Source of the DNA: Eledone cirrhosa
Lineage: Eukaryota
Length of the DNA: 64,000 nucleotides
Assembly (NCBI GenBank): GCA_964016885.1
Contig: OZ024752.1
Location: 39,184,001-39,248,000, forward strand
Reading direction: 5' to 3'
Part shown: one piece after another, positions 23,530 through 38,395 of the stretch
Layout: each line of letters begins with the position of its first letter
Position numbering within the stretch: the first letter of the stretch is position 1
Made by a program: the position numbers and the translations under genes
Notes under the pieces: model-generated
The model's input: only the letters and a program-made list of their open reading frames with translations
The model's database searches: none
What the model was told of the DNA's origin: nothing

Positions 23530-25786
23530 ATATATATGTGAATATAGACATAGAATATTCGAAAATATTCTGTATGTTTATAATAAACATTTTGAAGACC
23601 TAATCGCTATAGAATAGAATACGTCACGTATTACAATTAGATTCTCGATAAAAGCAAGGGAAGTAAGTCTACGCGTTTCATTCTTGTTAGAATTCATCAG
23701 GACTACATATCCAGTGCTTTTATCGAGAATGACACAGCTAGAGACTTATAGAATACTTAGCTGTGTACAGGAACTGGTTTGAAAGAGCGGTTGCCGGTCC
23801 GGCAGAAATTAGAAATTGGAATAAATGCTCTGAAATAGCGATATATATGTGAATATAGACATAGAATATTCGAAAATATTCTGTATGTTTATAATAAACA
23901 TTTTGAAGACCTAATCGCTATAGAATAGAATACGTCACGTATTACAATTAGATTCTCGATAAAAGCAAGGGAAGTAAGTCTACGCGTTTCATTCTTGTTA
24001 GAATTCATCAGGACTACATATCCAGTGCTTTTATCGAGAATGACACAGCTAGAGACTTATAGAATACTTAGCTGTGTACAGGAACTGGTTTGAAAGAGCG
24101 GTTGCCGGTCCGGCAGAAATTAGAAATTGGAATAGATGCTCTGAAATAGCGATATATATGTGAATATAGACATAGAATATTCGAAAATATTCTGTATGTT
24201 TATAATAAACATTTTGAAGACCTAATCGCTATAGAATAGAATACGTCACGTATTACAATTAGATTCTCGATAAAAGCAAGGGAAGTAAGTCTACGCGTTT
24301 CATTCTTGTTAGAATTCATCAGGACTACATATCCAGTGCTTTTATCGAGAATGACACAGCTAGAGACTTATAGAATACTTAGCTGTGTACAGGAACTGGT
24401 TTGAAAGAGCGGTTGCCGGTCCGGCAGAAATTAGAAATTGGAATAAATGCTCTGAAATAGCGATATATATGTGAATATAGACATAGAATATTCGAAAATA
24501 TTCTGTATGTTTATAATAAACATTTTGAAGACCTAATCGCTATAGAATAGAATACGTCACGTATTACAATTAGATTCTCGATAAAAGCAAGGGAAGTAAG
24601 TCTACGCGTTTCATTCTTGTTAGAATTCATCAGGACTACATATCCAGTGCTTTTATCGAGAATGACACAGCTAGAGACTTATAGAATACTTAGCTGTGTA
24701 CAGGAACTGGTTTGAAAGAGCGGTTGCCGGTCCGGCAGAAATTAGAAATTGGAATAAATGCTCTGAAATAGCGATATATATGTGAATATAGACATAGAAT
24801 ATTCGAAAATATTCTGTATGTTTATAATAAACATTTTGAAGACCTAATCGCTATAGAATAGAATACGTCACGTATTACAATTAGATTCTCGATAAAAGCA
24901 AGGGAAGTAAGTCTACGCGTTTCATTCTTGTTAGAATTCATCAGGACTACATATCCAGTGCTTTTATCGAGAATGACACAGCTAGAGACTTATAGAATAC
25001 TTAGCTGTGTACAGGAACTGGTTTGAAAGAGCGGTTGCCGGTCCGGCAGAAATTAGAAATTGGAATAAATGCTCTGAAATAGCGATATATATGTGAATAT
25101 AGACATAGAATATTCGAAAATATTCTGTATGTTTATAATAAACATTTTGAAGACCTAATCGCTATAGAATAGAATACGTCACGTATTACAATTAGATTCT
25201 CGATAAAAGCAAGGGAAGTAAGTCTACGCGTTTCATTCTTGTTAGAATTCATCAGGACTACATATCCAGTGCTTTTATCGAGAATGACACAGCTAGAGAC
25301 TTATAGAATACTTAGCTGTGTACAGGAACTGGTTTGAAAGAGCGGTTGCCGGTCCGGCAGAAATTAGAAATTGGAATAAATGCTCTGAAATAGCGATATA
25401 TATGTGAATATAGACATAGAATATTCGAAAATATTCTGTATGTTTATAATAAACATTTTGAAGACCTAATCGCTATAGAATAGAATACGTCACGTATTAC
25501 AATTAGATTCTCGATAAAAGCAAGGGAAGTAAGTCTACGCGTTTCATTCTTGTTAGAATTCATCAGGACTACATATCCAGTGCTTTTATCGAGAATGACA
25601 CAGCTAGAGACTTATAGAATACTTAGCTGTGTACAGGAACTGGTTTGAAAGAGCGGTTGCCGGTCCGGCAGAAATTAGAAATTGGAATAAATGCTCTGAA
25701 ATAGCGATATATATGTGAATATAGACATAGAATATTCGAAAATATTCTGTATGTTTATAATAAACATTTTGAAGACCTAATCGCTA
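23530..25786 (-). mobile_element. Left arm of the 311-bp hammerhead-ribozyme array (putative non-LTR retrozyme), 7 full units plus a partial
   Basis: Exact period 311. HHRs on the minus strand at 23663-23706 and every +311 up to 25529-25572. Only one substitution noticed (24135). Confidence 0.9.
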
Positions 25787-28180
25787 AAAGCACTGGATAT
25801 GTAGTCCTGATGAATTCTAACAAGAATGAAACGCGTAGACTTACTTCCCTTGCTTTTATCGAGAATCTAATTGTAATACGTGACGTATTCTATTCTATAG
25901 CGATTAGGTCTTCAAAATGTTTATTATAAACATACAGAATATTTTCGAATATTCTATGTCTATATTCACATATATATCGCTATTTCAGAGCATTTATTCC
26001 AATTTCTAATTTCTGCCGGACCGGCAACCGCTCTTTCAAACCAGTTCCTGTACACAGCTAAGTATTCTATAAGTCTCTAGCTGTGTCATTCTCGATAAAA
26101 GCACTGGATATGTAGTCCTGATGAATTCTAACAAGAATGAAACGCGTAGACTTACTTCCCTTGCTTTTATCGAGAATCTAATTGTAATACGTGACGTATT
26201 CTATTCTATAGCGATTAGGTCTTCAAAATGTTTATTATAAACATACAGAATATTTTCGAATATTCTATGTCTATATTCACATATATATCGCTATTTCAGA
26301 GCATTTATTCCAATTTCTAATTTCTGCCGGACCGGCAACCGCTCTTTCAAACCAGTTCCTGTACACAGCTAAGTATTCTATAAGTCTCTAGCTGTGTCAT
26401 TCTCGATAAAAGCACTGGATATGTAGTCCTGATGAATTCTAACAAGAATGAAACGCGTAGACTTACTTCCCTTGCTTTTATCGAGAATCTAATTGTAATA
26501 CGTGACGTATTCTATTCTATAGCGATTAGGTCTTCAAAATGTTTATTATAAACATACAGAATATTTTCGAATATTCTATGTCTATATTCACATATATATC
26601 GCTATTTCAGAGCATTTATTCCAATTTCTAATTTCTGCCGGACCGGCAACCGCTCTTTCAAACCAGTTCCTGTACACAGCTAAGTATTCTATAAGTCTCT
26701 AGCTGTGTCATTCTCGATAAAAGCACTGGATATGTAGTCCTGATGAATTCTAACAAGAATGAAACGCGTAGACTTACTTCCCTTGCTTTTATCGAGAATC
26801 TAATTGTAATACGTGACGTATTCTATTCTATAGCGATTAGGTCTTCAAAATGTTTATTATAAACATACAGAATATTTTCGAATATTCTATGTCTATATTC
26901 ACATATATATCGCTATTTCAGAGCATTTATTCCAATTTCTAATTTCTGCCGGACCGGCAACCGCTCTTTCAAACCAGTTCCTGTACACAGCTAAGTATTC
27001 TATAAGTCTCTAGCTGTGTCATTCTCGATAAAAGCACTGGATATGTAGTCCTGATGAATTCTAACAAGAATGAAACGCGTAGACTTACTTCCCTTGCTTT
27101 TATCGAGAATCTAATTGTAATACGTGACGTATTCTATTCTATAGCGATTAGGTCTTCAAAATGTTTATTATAAACATACAGAATATTTTCGAATATTCTA
27201 TGTCTATATTCACATATATATCGCTATTTCAGAGCATTTATTCCAATTTCTAATTTCTGCCGGACCGGCAACCGCTCTTTCAAACCAGTTCCTGTACACA
27301 GCTAAGTATTCTATAAGTCTCTAGCTGTGTCATTCTCGATAAAAGCACTGGATATGTAGTCCTGATGAATTCTAACAAGAATGAAACGCGTAGACTTACT
27401 TCCCTTGCTTTTATCGAGAATCTAATTGTAATACGTGACGTATTCTATTCTATAGCGATTAGGTCTTCAAAATGTTTATTATAAACATACAGAATATTTT
27501 CGAATATTCTATGTCTATATTCACATATATATCGCTATTTCAGAGCATTTATTCCAATTTCTAATTTCTGCCGGACCGGCAACCGCTCTTTCAAACCAGT
27601 TCCTGTACACAGCTAAGTATTCTATAAGTCTCTAGCTGTGTCATTCTCGATAAAAGCACTGGATATGTAGTCCTGATGAATTCTAACAAGAATGAAACGC
27701 GTAGACTTACTTCCCTTGCTTTTATCGAGAATCTAATTGTAATACGTGACGTATTCTATTCTATAGCGATTAGGTCTTCAAAATGTTTATTATAAACATA
27801 CAGAATATTTTCGAATATTCTATGTCTATATTCACATATATATCGCTATTTCAGAGCATTTATTCCAATTTCTAATTTCTGCCGGACCGGCAACCGCTCT
27901 TTCAAACCAGTTCCTGTACACAGCTAAGTATTCTATAAGTCTCTAGCTGTGTCATTCTCGATAAAAGCACTGGATATGTAGTCCTGATGAATTCTAACAA
28001 GAATGAAACGCGTAGACTTACTTCCCTTGCTTTTATCGAGAATCTAATTGTAATACGTGACGTATTCTATTCTATAGCGATTAGGTCTTCAAAATGTTTA
28101 TTATAAACATACAGAATATTTTCGAATATTCTATGTCTATATTCACATATATATCGCTATTTCAGAGCATTTATTCCAAT
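25785..28180 (+). mobile_element. Right arm of the 311-bp hammerhead-ribozyme array, about 7.7 units
   Basis: Reverse complement of the left-arm unit. HHRs start at 25801, 26112, 26423, 26734, 27045, 27356, 27667 and 27978. Confidence 0.9.
25801..25844 (+). ncRNA. Minimal type I hammerhead ribozyme (representative of 15 copies)
   Basis: GUAGUC-CUGAUGA-AUUCU-aaca-AGAAU-GAAA-CGC-GUA/GACUUAC. All core nucleotides are canonical; predicted cleavage after A25837. Confidence 0.92.
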
Positions 28181-28439
28181 ATATATATATATTTAGAAAC
28201 ACACAGATACATGCGGGGACACACATATACATGAATGCATCCGCACCCAACCGTGAGTTAAGGTTGCCAACTTCACCGATGTTGCTCAATGAATGACTGG
28301 GACAGACCAATCCGGTTGAACTAGACTGAACCAGTATCAGAGTTAAAAATACATTATGAAGAGAGAAGAAACATTTAGATATAATTAGTAATAAAATGTA
28401 TCATACCTAAACTGCTCCTAGATTCCTCTCTTCATAATA

Positions 28440-30180
<1,741 letters not shown>

Positions 30181-31026
30181 AATGAAATAACCGGAGGCAG
30201 TTCAGCCTCCTGTTATTTCATTTATAATTAACTCCGTATTCACACCATCAACTACACAAACGAAGATGGGTGAACTGCACTGCGTTGAGTACTCTTCACA
30301 ATATTACACCAGGATTGACCATACGGAATGACCAGTTCTATCCAGTGGTGAACCAACAAACCTTAAGATATATATATATATGTATATATATGTATATATA
30401 TGTATATATATATATGTGTGTATATATATATGTATATATATATATATATATATACACATATATATTTGGTAGCCCCTACATGGACACACTAGAAGAGGAA
30501 GACCAAGGTTAACGTATGTTGATGCCCTAAGGACATACACTGGTCTGTTGGAGATGCAGGACATGGCAGCGATAATGAGGGACAGAGACCGCTGGAGAGA
30601 ACTCGTCCATGGATCTCGGGAATTTTACCCGCCTTAGATAGATAGATATATATATATATATTGCAAAAATCATTTATTCATAATAATTATTTCAACGGTT
30701 CTCCCATGCAATCCAAGATGTAATTCATGCAATTGTTGTTGATATGACAATTGTAACCTCAGATGAAAATCTGATTTTGTGATATGCCGCAGGCAGAAAA
30801 ACATGCCCCTCCGTTTGTGGGTCCAGTAGACATATAAGTTCCTAAAGGGTCTTTCCCAGCTCTTATGTTTACATTTTGTAGAACAAAGTGCTATCTATGT
30901 GTCAATTAGTGAATCTGGACTCAAGTAGACCCCACAGAGCAGGGGTTGCAAATTGTATATATAAGTACATATATATATATATATATATCCATATGCCAGC
31001 AGGGAAAAGCAGACATAAGATGATGA

Positions 31027-31059
<33 letters not shown>

Positions 31060-31170
31060 TACATATATATGTGTGTGTATATATATATAAGTACATATAT
31101 ATGTGTATATATATATATGTGCGAGTACATATATATATATATGTGTGCGTGTATATATAAGACATATATG

Positions 31171-31201
<31 letters not shown>

Positions 31202-31349
31202 ATATATATATAAGTACATTTATATGTATATATATATAAGTACATATATATGTGTATATATAAGTACATATATATGTGTATATATATATGTGTGTCTATA
31301 TATATATATAAGTACATATATATGTGTATATATATTTATATATATATAT

Positions 31350-32716
31350 ATCGGCCACTCCTATACGCAGATGATCTAACGCTCATAGCTGAATCATTGG
31401 CCGAGCTAGAGAAGAAATTCCAAACATGGAAGAATGGCCTAGAATCAAAAGGCCTTAAAATTAACCTGGCTAAGACTAAAGTTCTAGTTTGTAAGAAAGA
31501 AAATAAGGCGGCGGTCCCCTCCGGGAAGTGGCCATGCGCGGAGTGTAGGAAAGGCGTAGGCAGAAACTCCATTTTGTGTCCCAAATGCAAAGTTTGGGTG
31601 CATAAAAGATGTAGTGGGATCACAGGTAAGCTAACTAAGAACATAGATTTTACATGTGGCTGGTGTTCTGGGGCAATAAGTAGCAGCAAGTGCCCAAAAA
31701 ATACTAGCTCTTTCAACTGCGCAGAGGGTTCTATAGAAATAGTGGACAGCTTCCGTTACCTGGGTGACAAAATCAGCAGTGGGGGAGGGTGCTCTGAAAG
31801 TACAGTAGCTAGAATCAGAACTGGGTGGAAAAAGTTCAGAGAGCTTATACCACTATTAGCCGCTAAATGGTTCTCCCTAAAAATGAAAGGCAGGTTGTAC
31901 GATGCCTGCATACGAACAGCAATGTTGCATGGCAGTGAGACCTGGGCATTGTGTGCAGAGGATATACGCAGACTAGGGAGAAACGAAGCTTGCATGCTCC
32001 GCTGGATGTGTAATAGTAATATACGTGAACGACAAAGCATAAACGAACTAAGGAAAAAATTATAAATAAGAGGGATCAGATGTTGTTTACTCGAGAGAAG
32101 GCTACGTTGGTATGGTCACGTGATGCGCATGAAGGACGATAGCTGTATAACAAAGTGCAGGGCAATAAAGATAGACAGTAGCCATGGAATAGGCAGACCC
32201 AGAAAAACCTGGGACGAGCTGATAAACTCCGACCTCAGACACTTACACCTCACCAAGACAATGTCACTGGACTGAGACCTTTGGCGGTACTCAGTAATAG
32301 AGAAGACCCGCCTTACCTAAATACAAAGTAAAACCTACTACAGTCAGTAGGCATCTCTAACAAAATACACCCCCGTCCCACCACCCCCACCCCATCCACA
32401 CCGCCCCCTTCTATGTAAAGTTATGTTGGTGCCACACCATCCAGGCCGAAACAAATGAGATCGTGTAGGTGTCACGACAAAAAAACATACAGTCCATGCT
32501 GTAATGTGGCCGTGTAGGCAACACGGTAAAAACCTCCCAGACCCACACTGTAAATGTGGTTGGTGTTAGGAAGGGCATCCAACTGTAGAAAACCTGCCAG
32601 ACAGTCCTATGCGAGCAAGACAATCACTCTTGCCTCAAGTGGGAAAACCCCCGTCCAAACCCATGCAAGCGTGGAACACGGACGTTAAACGTTGATGATG
32701 ATGATGATGATGATGA
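31350..32716 (+). mobile_element. 5'-truncated RTE LINE (RT C-terminal half, 3' UTR, (GAT)n tail)
   Basis: LLYADD motif, Cys-rich insert, FRYLG, LHGSETW; premature stops; inserted in (TA)n. Confidence 0.95.
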
Positions 32717-32782
32717 TATATATGTACATATATATGTGTATATATATTTATATATATATATATATATGTACATATATATATA

Positions 32783-32814
<32 letters not shown>

Positions 32815-32916
32815 CATACATATATACATACATATATACATATACATACATATATACATGTACATATATATATATATATATACATACATATATACATGTA
32901 CATACATATATATATA

Positions 32917-32954
<38 letters not shown>

Positions 32955-33057
32955 CATATATACACGTACATACATATATATATATATATGTACATTTATA
33001 TATATATATATATGAAAATAAACCAAAGAAGCCTTCAATACATCAAAAGTCTTTATT

Positions 33058-33098
33058 AGCCAACAATGTTTCGTCCTATTAAGGACTCATCAGGGCAA
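33058..33098 (-). ncRNA. Minimal type I hammerhead ribozyme (second family, left copy)
   Basis: Reverse complement of 33741-33780. Confidence 0.85.
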
Positions 33099-33740
33099 TT
33101 AAAGCTATAAGGAGCATTATCGGCCAATACAAGCCGAAAAACTCAGAAGAATATGGAGTTTACAAACATTAAAGCATAGGAAAATATCAAGTAAAAATTG
33201 CTAAGGAATTGAATAACATTTTGAACCATATTACAAATATAGTCCAATGCAAAATCTAAAGCTAAACAAAGGTGGTATTATAGAGCGGGAATTATTGCAC
33301 GATATATAATATAATATAATATAATATAATATAATTGATAATAATAATAATAATATTAAAAGGCCCAATATATATATATATATATATATACACATATGTA
33401 CACACATATACATATATATTAATACACATTTCCATCAATCCAAGCACAGACTAACCCTTATTAAGAGTTTATATATAAATAAGAATAATAAGAATAAAAA
33501 TAAAGATAAAAATAAAGATAAAAATATAATACATATATTATTTACAGTATAAAATGAAGAATAAATGAAGAATATAGCTTTAGTTTTTGCATTGGACTAT
33601 ATTTGTAATATGGTTCAAAATGTTATTCACTTCCTTAGCAATTTTTACTTGATATTTTCCTATGCTTTAATGTTTGTAAACTCCATATTCTTCTGAGTTT
33701 TTCGGCTTGTATTGGCCGATAGTGCTTCTTATAGCTTTAA

Positions 33741-33780
33741 TTGCCCTGATGAGTCCTTAATAGGACGAAACATTGTTGGC
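33741..33780 (+). ncRNA. Minimal type I hammerhead ribozyme (second family, right copy)
   Basis: UUGCC-CUGAUGA-GUCCU-uaau-AGGAC-GAAA-C-auu-GUU/GGC; stem I extends to CUUUAAUUGCC/GGCUAAUAAAG. Confidence 0.85.
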
Positions 33781-33929
33781 TAATAAAGACTTTTGATGTA
33801 TTGAAGGCTTCTTTGGTTTATTTTCATAATTCTTCGGCTCTGTTTAATTACATTGAGCTATGCTTTTACTGTCATTTCTATAATACGAAGAGGGTGTGTA
33901 ACTCCAACACACTCTAGTATTTTAATTCT

Positions 33930-33961
<32 letters not shown>

Positions 33962-34189
33962 CATATGTACATGTACATACATACATATATATAATATACA
34001 TATATATATACATACATATATACATGTACATACATATATATATACATGTACATACATATATATATGTACATATATAAATATATACATATGCATACATATA
34101 TACATATATACTTATACATTAATACATACATATATATATTATATATACATATACATACCGACACACACACACATATATATATATACATC

Positions 34190-35700
34190 ATCATTTGTTC
34201 GAGTTTGCTTGGTCATTTATGAGCCTAACCCGCCATCCATCATGATCAAGCATAAATGTTGGGAGGTCATTAGGAGAGCATTCTGTGCCTCTATATAGTT
34301 TCTCAATGGAAGTTAAAGCTAGTCAGCTAACTTTCCTCTGACCATGTCTAAGTGACCAAAGCAAAATATCACAAACAAATCTTGCTTTGCTCACCAGCCT
34401 TGTCCTGCAAATCTTATTCTTCGTTCTTGCAATATTGCAGATATATCAGGGATGGGACCATAGAGCAGTTGTTTAGTAGGATGCTGTGTCCACAGATATA
34501 TCAGGGATGGGACCAATAGAGCAGTTGTTTAATAGGATGCTGTGTCCACAGATATATCAGGGATGGGACCATAGAGCAGTTGTTTAGTAGGATGCTGTGT
34601 CCACAGATATATCAGGGATGGGACCAATAGAGCTGTTGTTTAGTAGGATGCTGTGTCCACAGATATATCAGGGATGGGACCATAGAGCAGTTGTTTAGTA
34701 GGATGCTGTGTCCACAGATATATCAGGGATGGGACCAATAGAGCTGTTGTTTAGTAGGATGCTGTGTCCACAGATATATCAGGGATGGGACCATAGAGCA
34801 GTTGTTTAGTAGGATGCTGTGTCCACAGATATATCAGGGATGGGACCATAGAGCAGTTGTTTAGTAGGATGCTGTGTCCACAGATATATCAGGGATGGGA
34901 CCATAGAGCAGTTGTTTAGTAGGATGCTGTGTCCACAGATATATCAGGGATGGGACCAATAGAGCAGTTGTTTAATAGGATGCTGTGTCCACAGATATAT
35001 CAGGGATGGGACCATAGAGCAGTTGTTTAGTAGGATGCTGTGTCCACAGATATATCAGGGATGGGACCATAGAGCAGTTGTTTAATAGGATGCTGTGTCC
35101 ACAGATATATCAGGGATGGGACCAATAGAGCAGTTGTTTAATAGGATGCTGTGTCCACAGATATATCAGGGATGGCACCAATAGAGCAGTTGTTTAATAG
35201 GATGCTGTGTCCACAGATATATCAGGGATGGGACCATAGAGCAGTTGTTTAATAGGATGTTGTCCATGAGATATTAAGTACAGCCCTTAGTATCAGTGTA
35301 TAAGTTCCATCAAGCTTTGATTCTCATTTTGTGTTCAGTGTCCAAGGAATGGCACCATATATCAAAACCAATTCTACAGTGGCGCAGAAGAAGCTGCATT
35401 TTAGGTTGTCTGGATTATGTCCATCTTGTCAAGTGCGGTCCATACATTAGCTATTCTGATCATATCCTTTTCAGTTGAATTGATTTCACTACCAAGATAT
35501 GTGAAGATCTCAACAGATTCAATAGATTCTCCAGTGAGTGTTTCAATAGAGTCCAACGTCATTTGCTGCTTTCTCAAGATAATGAGGCAAGGATTATGCA
35601 TTTGCCATCTTGTCAGCAATTGCAGATAAATCATCTGCATAATCAGCATCAGTCGATTTTTTTGCAGGACTTTTCTGAAATGGATGTACCAATTTGTGAA
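34190..35700 (-). mobile_element. Degenerate RTE LINE fragment hosting the 55-bp array
   Basis: Minus strand has IESVEIFTYLGSEINSTEKDM...W and WTQHPTKQLLYGPIPDIS. Confidence 0.8.
34438..35262. repeat. 55/56-bp minisatellite, about 15 copies, derived from RTE coding sequence
   Basis: Unit ATATATCAGGGATGGGACCA(A)TAGAGCAGTTGTTTAGTAGGATGCTGTGTCCACAG. Confidence 0.95.
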
Positions 35701-37478
35701 ATGTAGGTCTCATTTCAAACAGCTCATCAAGTATTTTAATATTAAGTGTTAATTATATATGTACACGTATATACCTGAGCAAGCAGGATACATGTTGTAT
35801 ATATATGTACTATTGAGAAAGTGCTATGCAAGAGACTTGACAGATGTTACACGAGGATGCTGAGAATGGCTCTCAACATTTCTTGGAAACAGAAGCTGAC
35901 AAATAAAGAAATATACAGATCACTACCACCAGTCTCAAAAAAGGTTGCCTGCTGATGAATGAAATAGGCTGGGCACTGCATCTGTCACCGAGAAGAGACA
36001 GCATCACAACTTGTGCTCTGGAAACTGGCAGTCGAACGAAGAAGCGTAGGAAGACAGGCTGTTTCATTCATTGATACCCTGCTGAGAGATGCCGACATTG
36101 ATAACATCGAAGAACTGAGAAATGTCATGCTCTACCAGGACGATTGGAGAAAGTGTGCTGAATCTTTGTGAGTGTAAACTTGGCCGAGGAAGGAGAAGAA
36201 GATATATGCAATAGAACAGAATAAAAGAACTAGAACTTGAAAAGAGTAGGACCATACCAACTGCTTCATCTCATCCTTCTGATTCTGCTTGAATGCTTCC
36301 TTGAGTAAGGATACTTAACACAATCAACAAATAGATATATCTTATTATCACATGAAAAGGGTTGGTGCCTCTGGCTGTAAAAGATGACCTCTAAGGTTCA
36401 GTGTTTGACAATTCAAAAAGTAAATTGATTTGTACGAAAAAGGAGAAAAGAAGAAAAAGTAAAATCAAAACTTTAAATAACTCCAATAATTCAATCTCAT
36501 GACTGAATTAGAACATGGTAAATATAGTGGGTGCTGAAATGTAGTTTATTCAAAACTTGTATATCTTTTATATAGAAGTTAAAATTACTTCACTAGTGTT
36601 GAAATTAACTATGAGATTTGCTAGGATATATAATCATGTCATTTCTTTCAATGTCAATTAATCTACTTAAGTCAAAGTATGTGGAAATGCAACAAAACAC
36701 AATGCCCTACTCAAGATCCTGTTAATAGATGTTAAGATAATTAGTATTAAAGGATGGACTTTCAACTCGTCTCCATTTAGCCACATCCTGTTTATCATAT
36801 ATAGAATTAAATTTCATGTATTTATCTTCCATATTAATTCAGGAAAAAGAAACACAATGACTAAAGTTGATTTTTTAATAATTTATTTCTAAATTACAAT
36901 ATAAAATAAGCAAAAAGATTAACAATTATATTGTATAACTACCAACCAGAACTTAGTTAAGGTAGCTAATGATAAATTGAAATGAAATAATGGTACAAAG
37001 ATGAGATATTCATAGTTTTTAAGCTAATTTTTTAAGTCAAATTTTCTCTTTTATTATTTTACATTTTCCAGCCAAAAGGCTGTGGCCATGCTGGGGCACC
37101 ACAATTATTGACTTTACTGTTTAAAAATGAAGCGTGTGTGTGTCTGCATATATATGTCATCATCATCATCGTTTGGCATCCGATTTCCCTGCTAGAAATA
37201 ACCTTTTATTCTCCTTTGTATCTCATCCTAATTATGTACACACAGTATAAAAATACATGCAAAAATGTTTTTTTTAATGTAATCTTTGATAAATCCTCAT
37301 TAAAATGTTTCTTTAATCTTTGTTTTATTTTTCCACATCTATTTAGAAATATTACACAATAGTTGAATCATTTTCAGAAAAACTGTTTATTAAAAAAAAA
37401 ATTGAATGAAATAAAGTGATTTAATAAATTAAGTTTAAGAATAATTTTTAATAGTTTTAATATTAGTATAATTCAGAC

Positions 37479-37680
37479 TTAAATCAAAGGTTGTCAACCT
37501 TTAAATGTTCTGATCAAAATATTTGGATCTGTAGCTAAATCAATAACTGCTGCAGTCTGTTGTTCAACAGTAAGATGTTTCTGTGGAAGTGTATACCAAT
37601 TATTGTCTTCAGCACCAAAAATAATTTAAGCTGCATGTTCCAAGGCACCATTTACATGTGAATTCAGAGCTATTTCATCC
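37479..37680 (-). pseudogene. PRKDC: Terminal exon (FATC domain) of DNA-dependent protein kinase catalytic subunit, with two premature stops
   Basis: Acceptor ttttttatttaaAG, then DEIALNSHVNGALEHAA*IIFGAEDNNWYTLPQKHLTVEQQTAAVIDLATDPNILIRTFKG*QPLI*. Matches the recalled DNA-PKcs end (ATDPNILGRTWEGWEPWM). AATAAA about 90 nt downstream. Confidence 0.8.
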
Positions 37681-37789
37681 CTTTAAATAAAAAATTAGAA
37701 AGAGTAGACATTTCAAATATTGGCTATTTTCAATATTTTTGTCACCCACCAGTTGTATAAATTGTTTATAATTCTTTACAGAATGAAAA

Positions 37790-38125
37790 TATAAATAAAT
37801 ACAATTAATATACAAAGCATATAAATAAATTTACAGTAGAATAACATAACAAATATGTTTTCAATATATACATAAATAACACTACAAATGCTTAAATAAC
37901 ATTATAAATTGCTCGCGATTCTTTCAGAAGGATATATTCCTTTAATGTTGCAATATTAAAGAAAATGTAAAGGAATGGGTGAACAACCGAGCCGACAGCA
38001 GCGTCGCGAGGAGTGCCGGGCAACCTCTCTAATGATTTCTGAGGCAAGCCAGCACCCTCGCAGTGTTGCCTTGGGTGATGGTGAGGTTGATGCACTGGAA
38101 CAACCAAGCGCCCTCGCGAGAATCA
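37790..38125 (-). mobile_element. CRE-clade retrotransposon 3' end, second copy
   Basis: Reverse complement aligns by eye with 15520-15830 (AWLFQ...ITQGNTARVLACL plus 3' UTR). Confidence 0.8.
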
Positions 38126-38395
38126 CAAGAGAAATCGGAATGTAAGTTTATTTTACATAAACATACTGTATATGGGTCCGTGCTAAGCAATTGTGAAATA
38201 TTTGAAATAATGAAAAATAATAAAAATTCGATCTAGCTGCAACAATTCTTCTGAAGCGGAAACCCATATCAACATATGCCAAATCTTCAACTCGGTCGCA
38301 AGATTTCAACCCTGAAGCCAAAAATGTAAAGAAGCAGTTGACTTAAGAAATTACCGATTCCATGAAAGTCTGACACTCGACGGAAGCAAAGAAAA

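Larger units (their letters stand above)
33012..33828. repeat. About 250-bp inverted repeat pair (33012-33263 / 33575-33828), pseudo-LTR-like
   Basis: The arms are near-perfect reverse complements and each carries an HHR. Confidence 0.9.

Noticed and set aside
28353-28439. 13-bp inverted repeat ATTATGAAGAGAG/CTCTCTTCATAAT next to the HHR array
   Set aside because: Single short occurrence with no target duplication or second copy, so it cannot be assigned.
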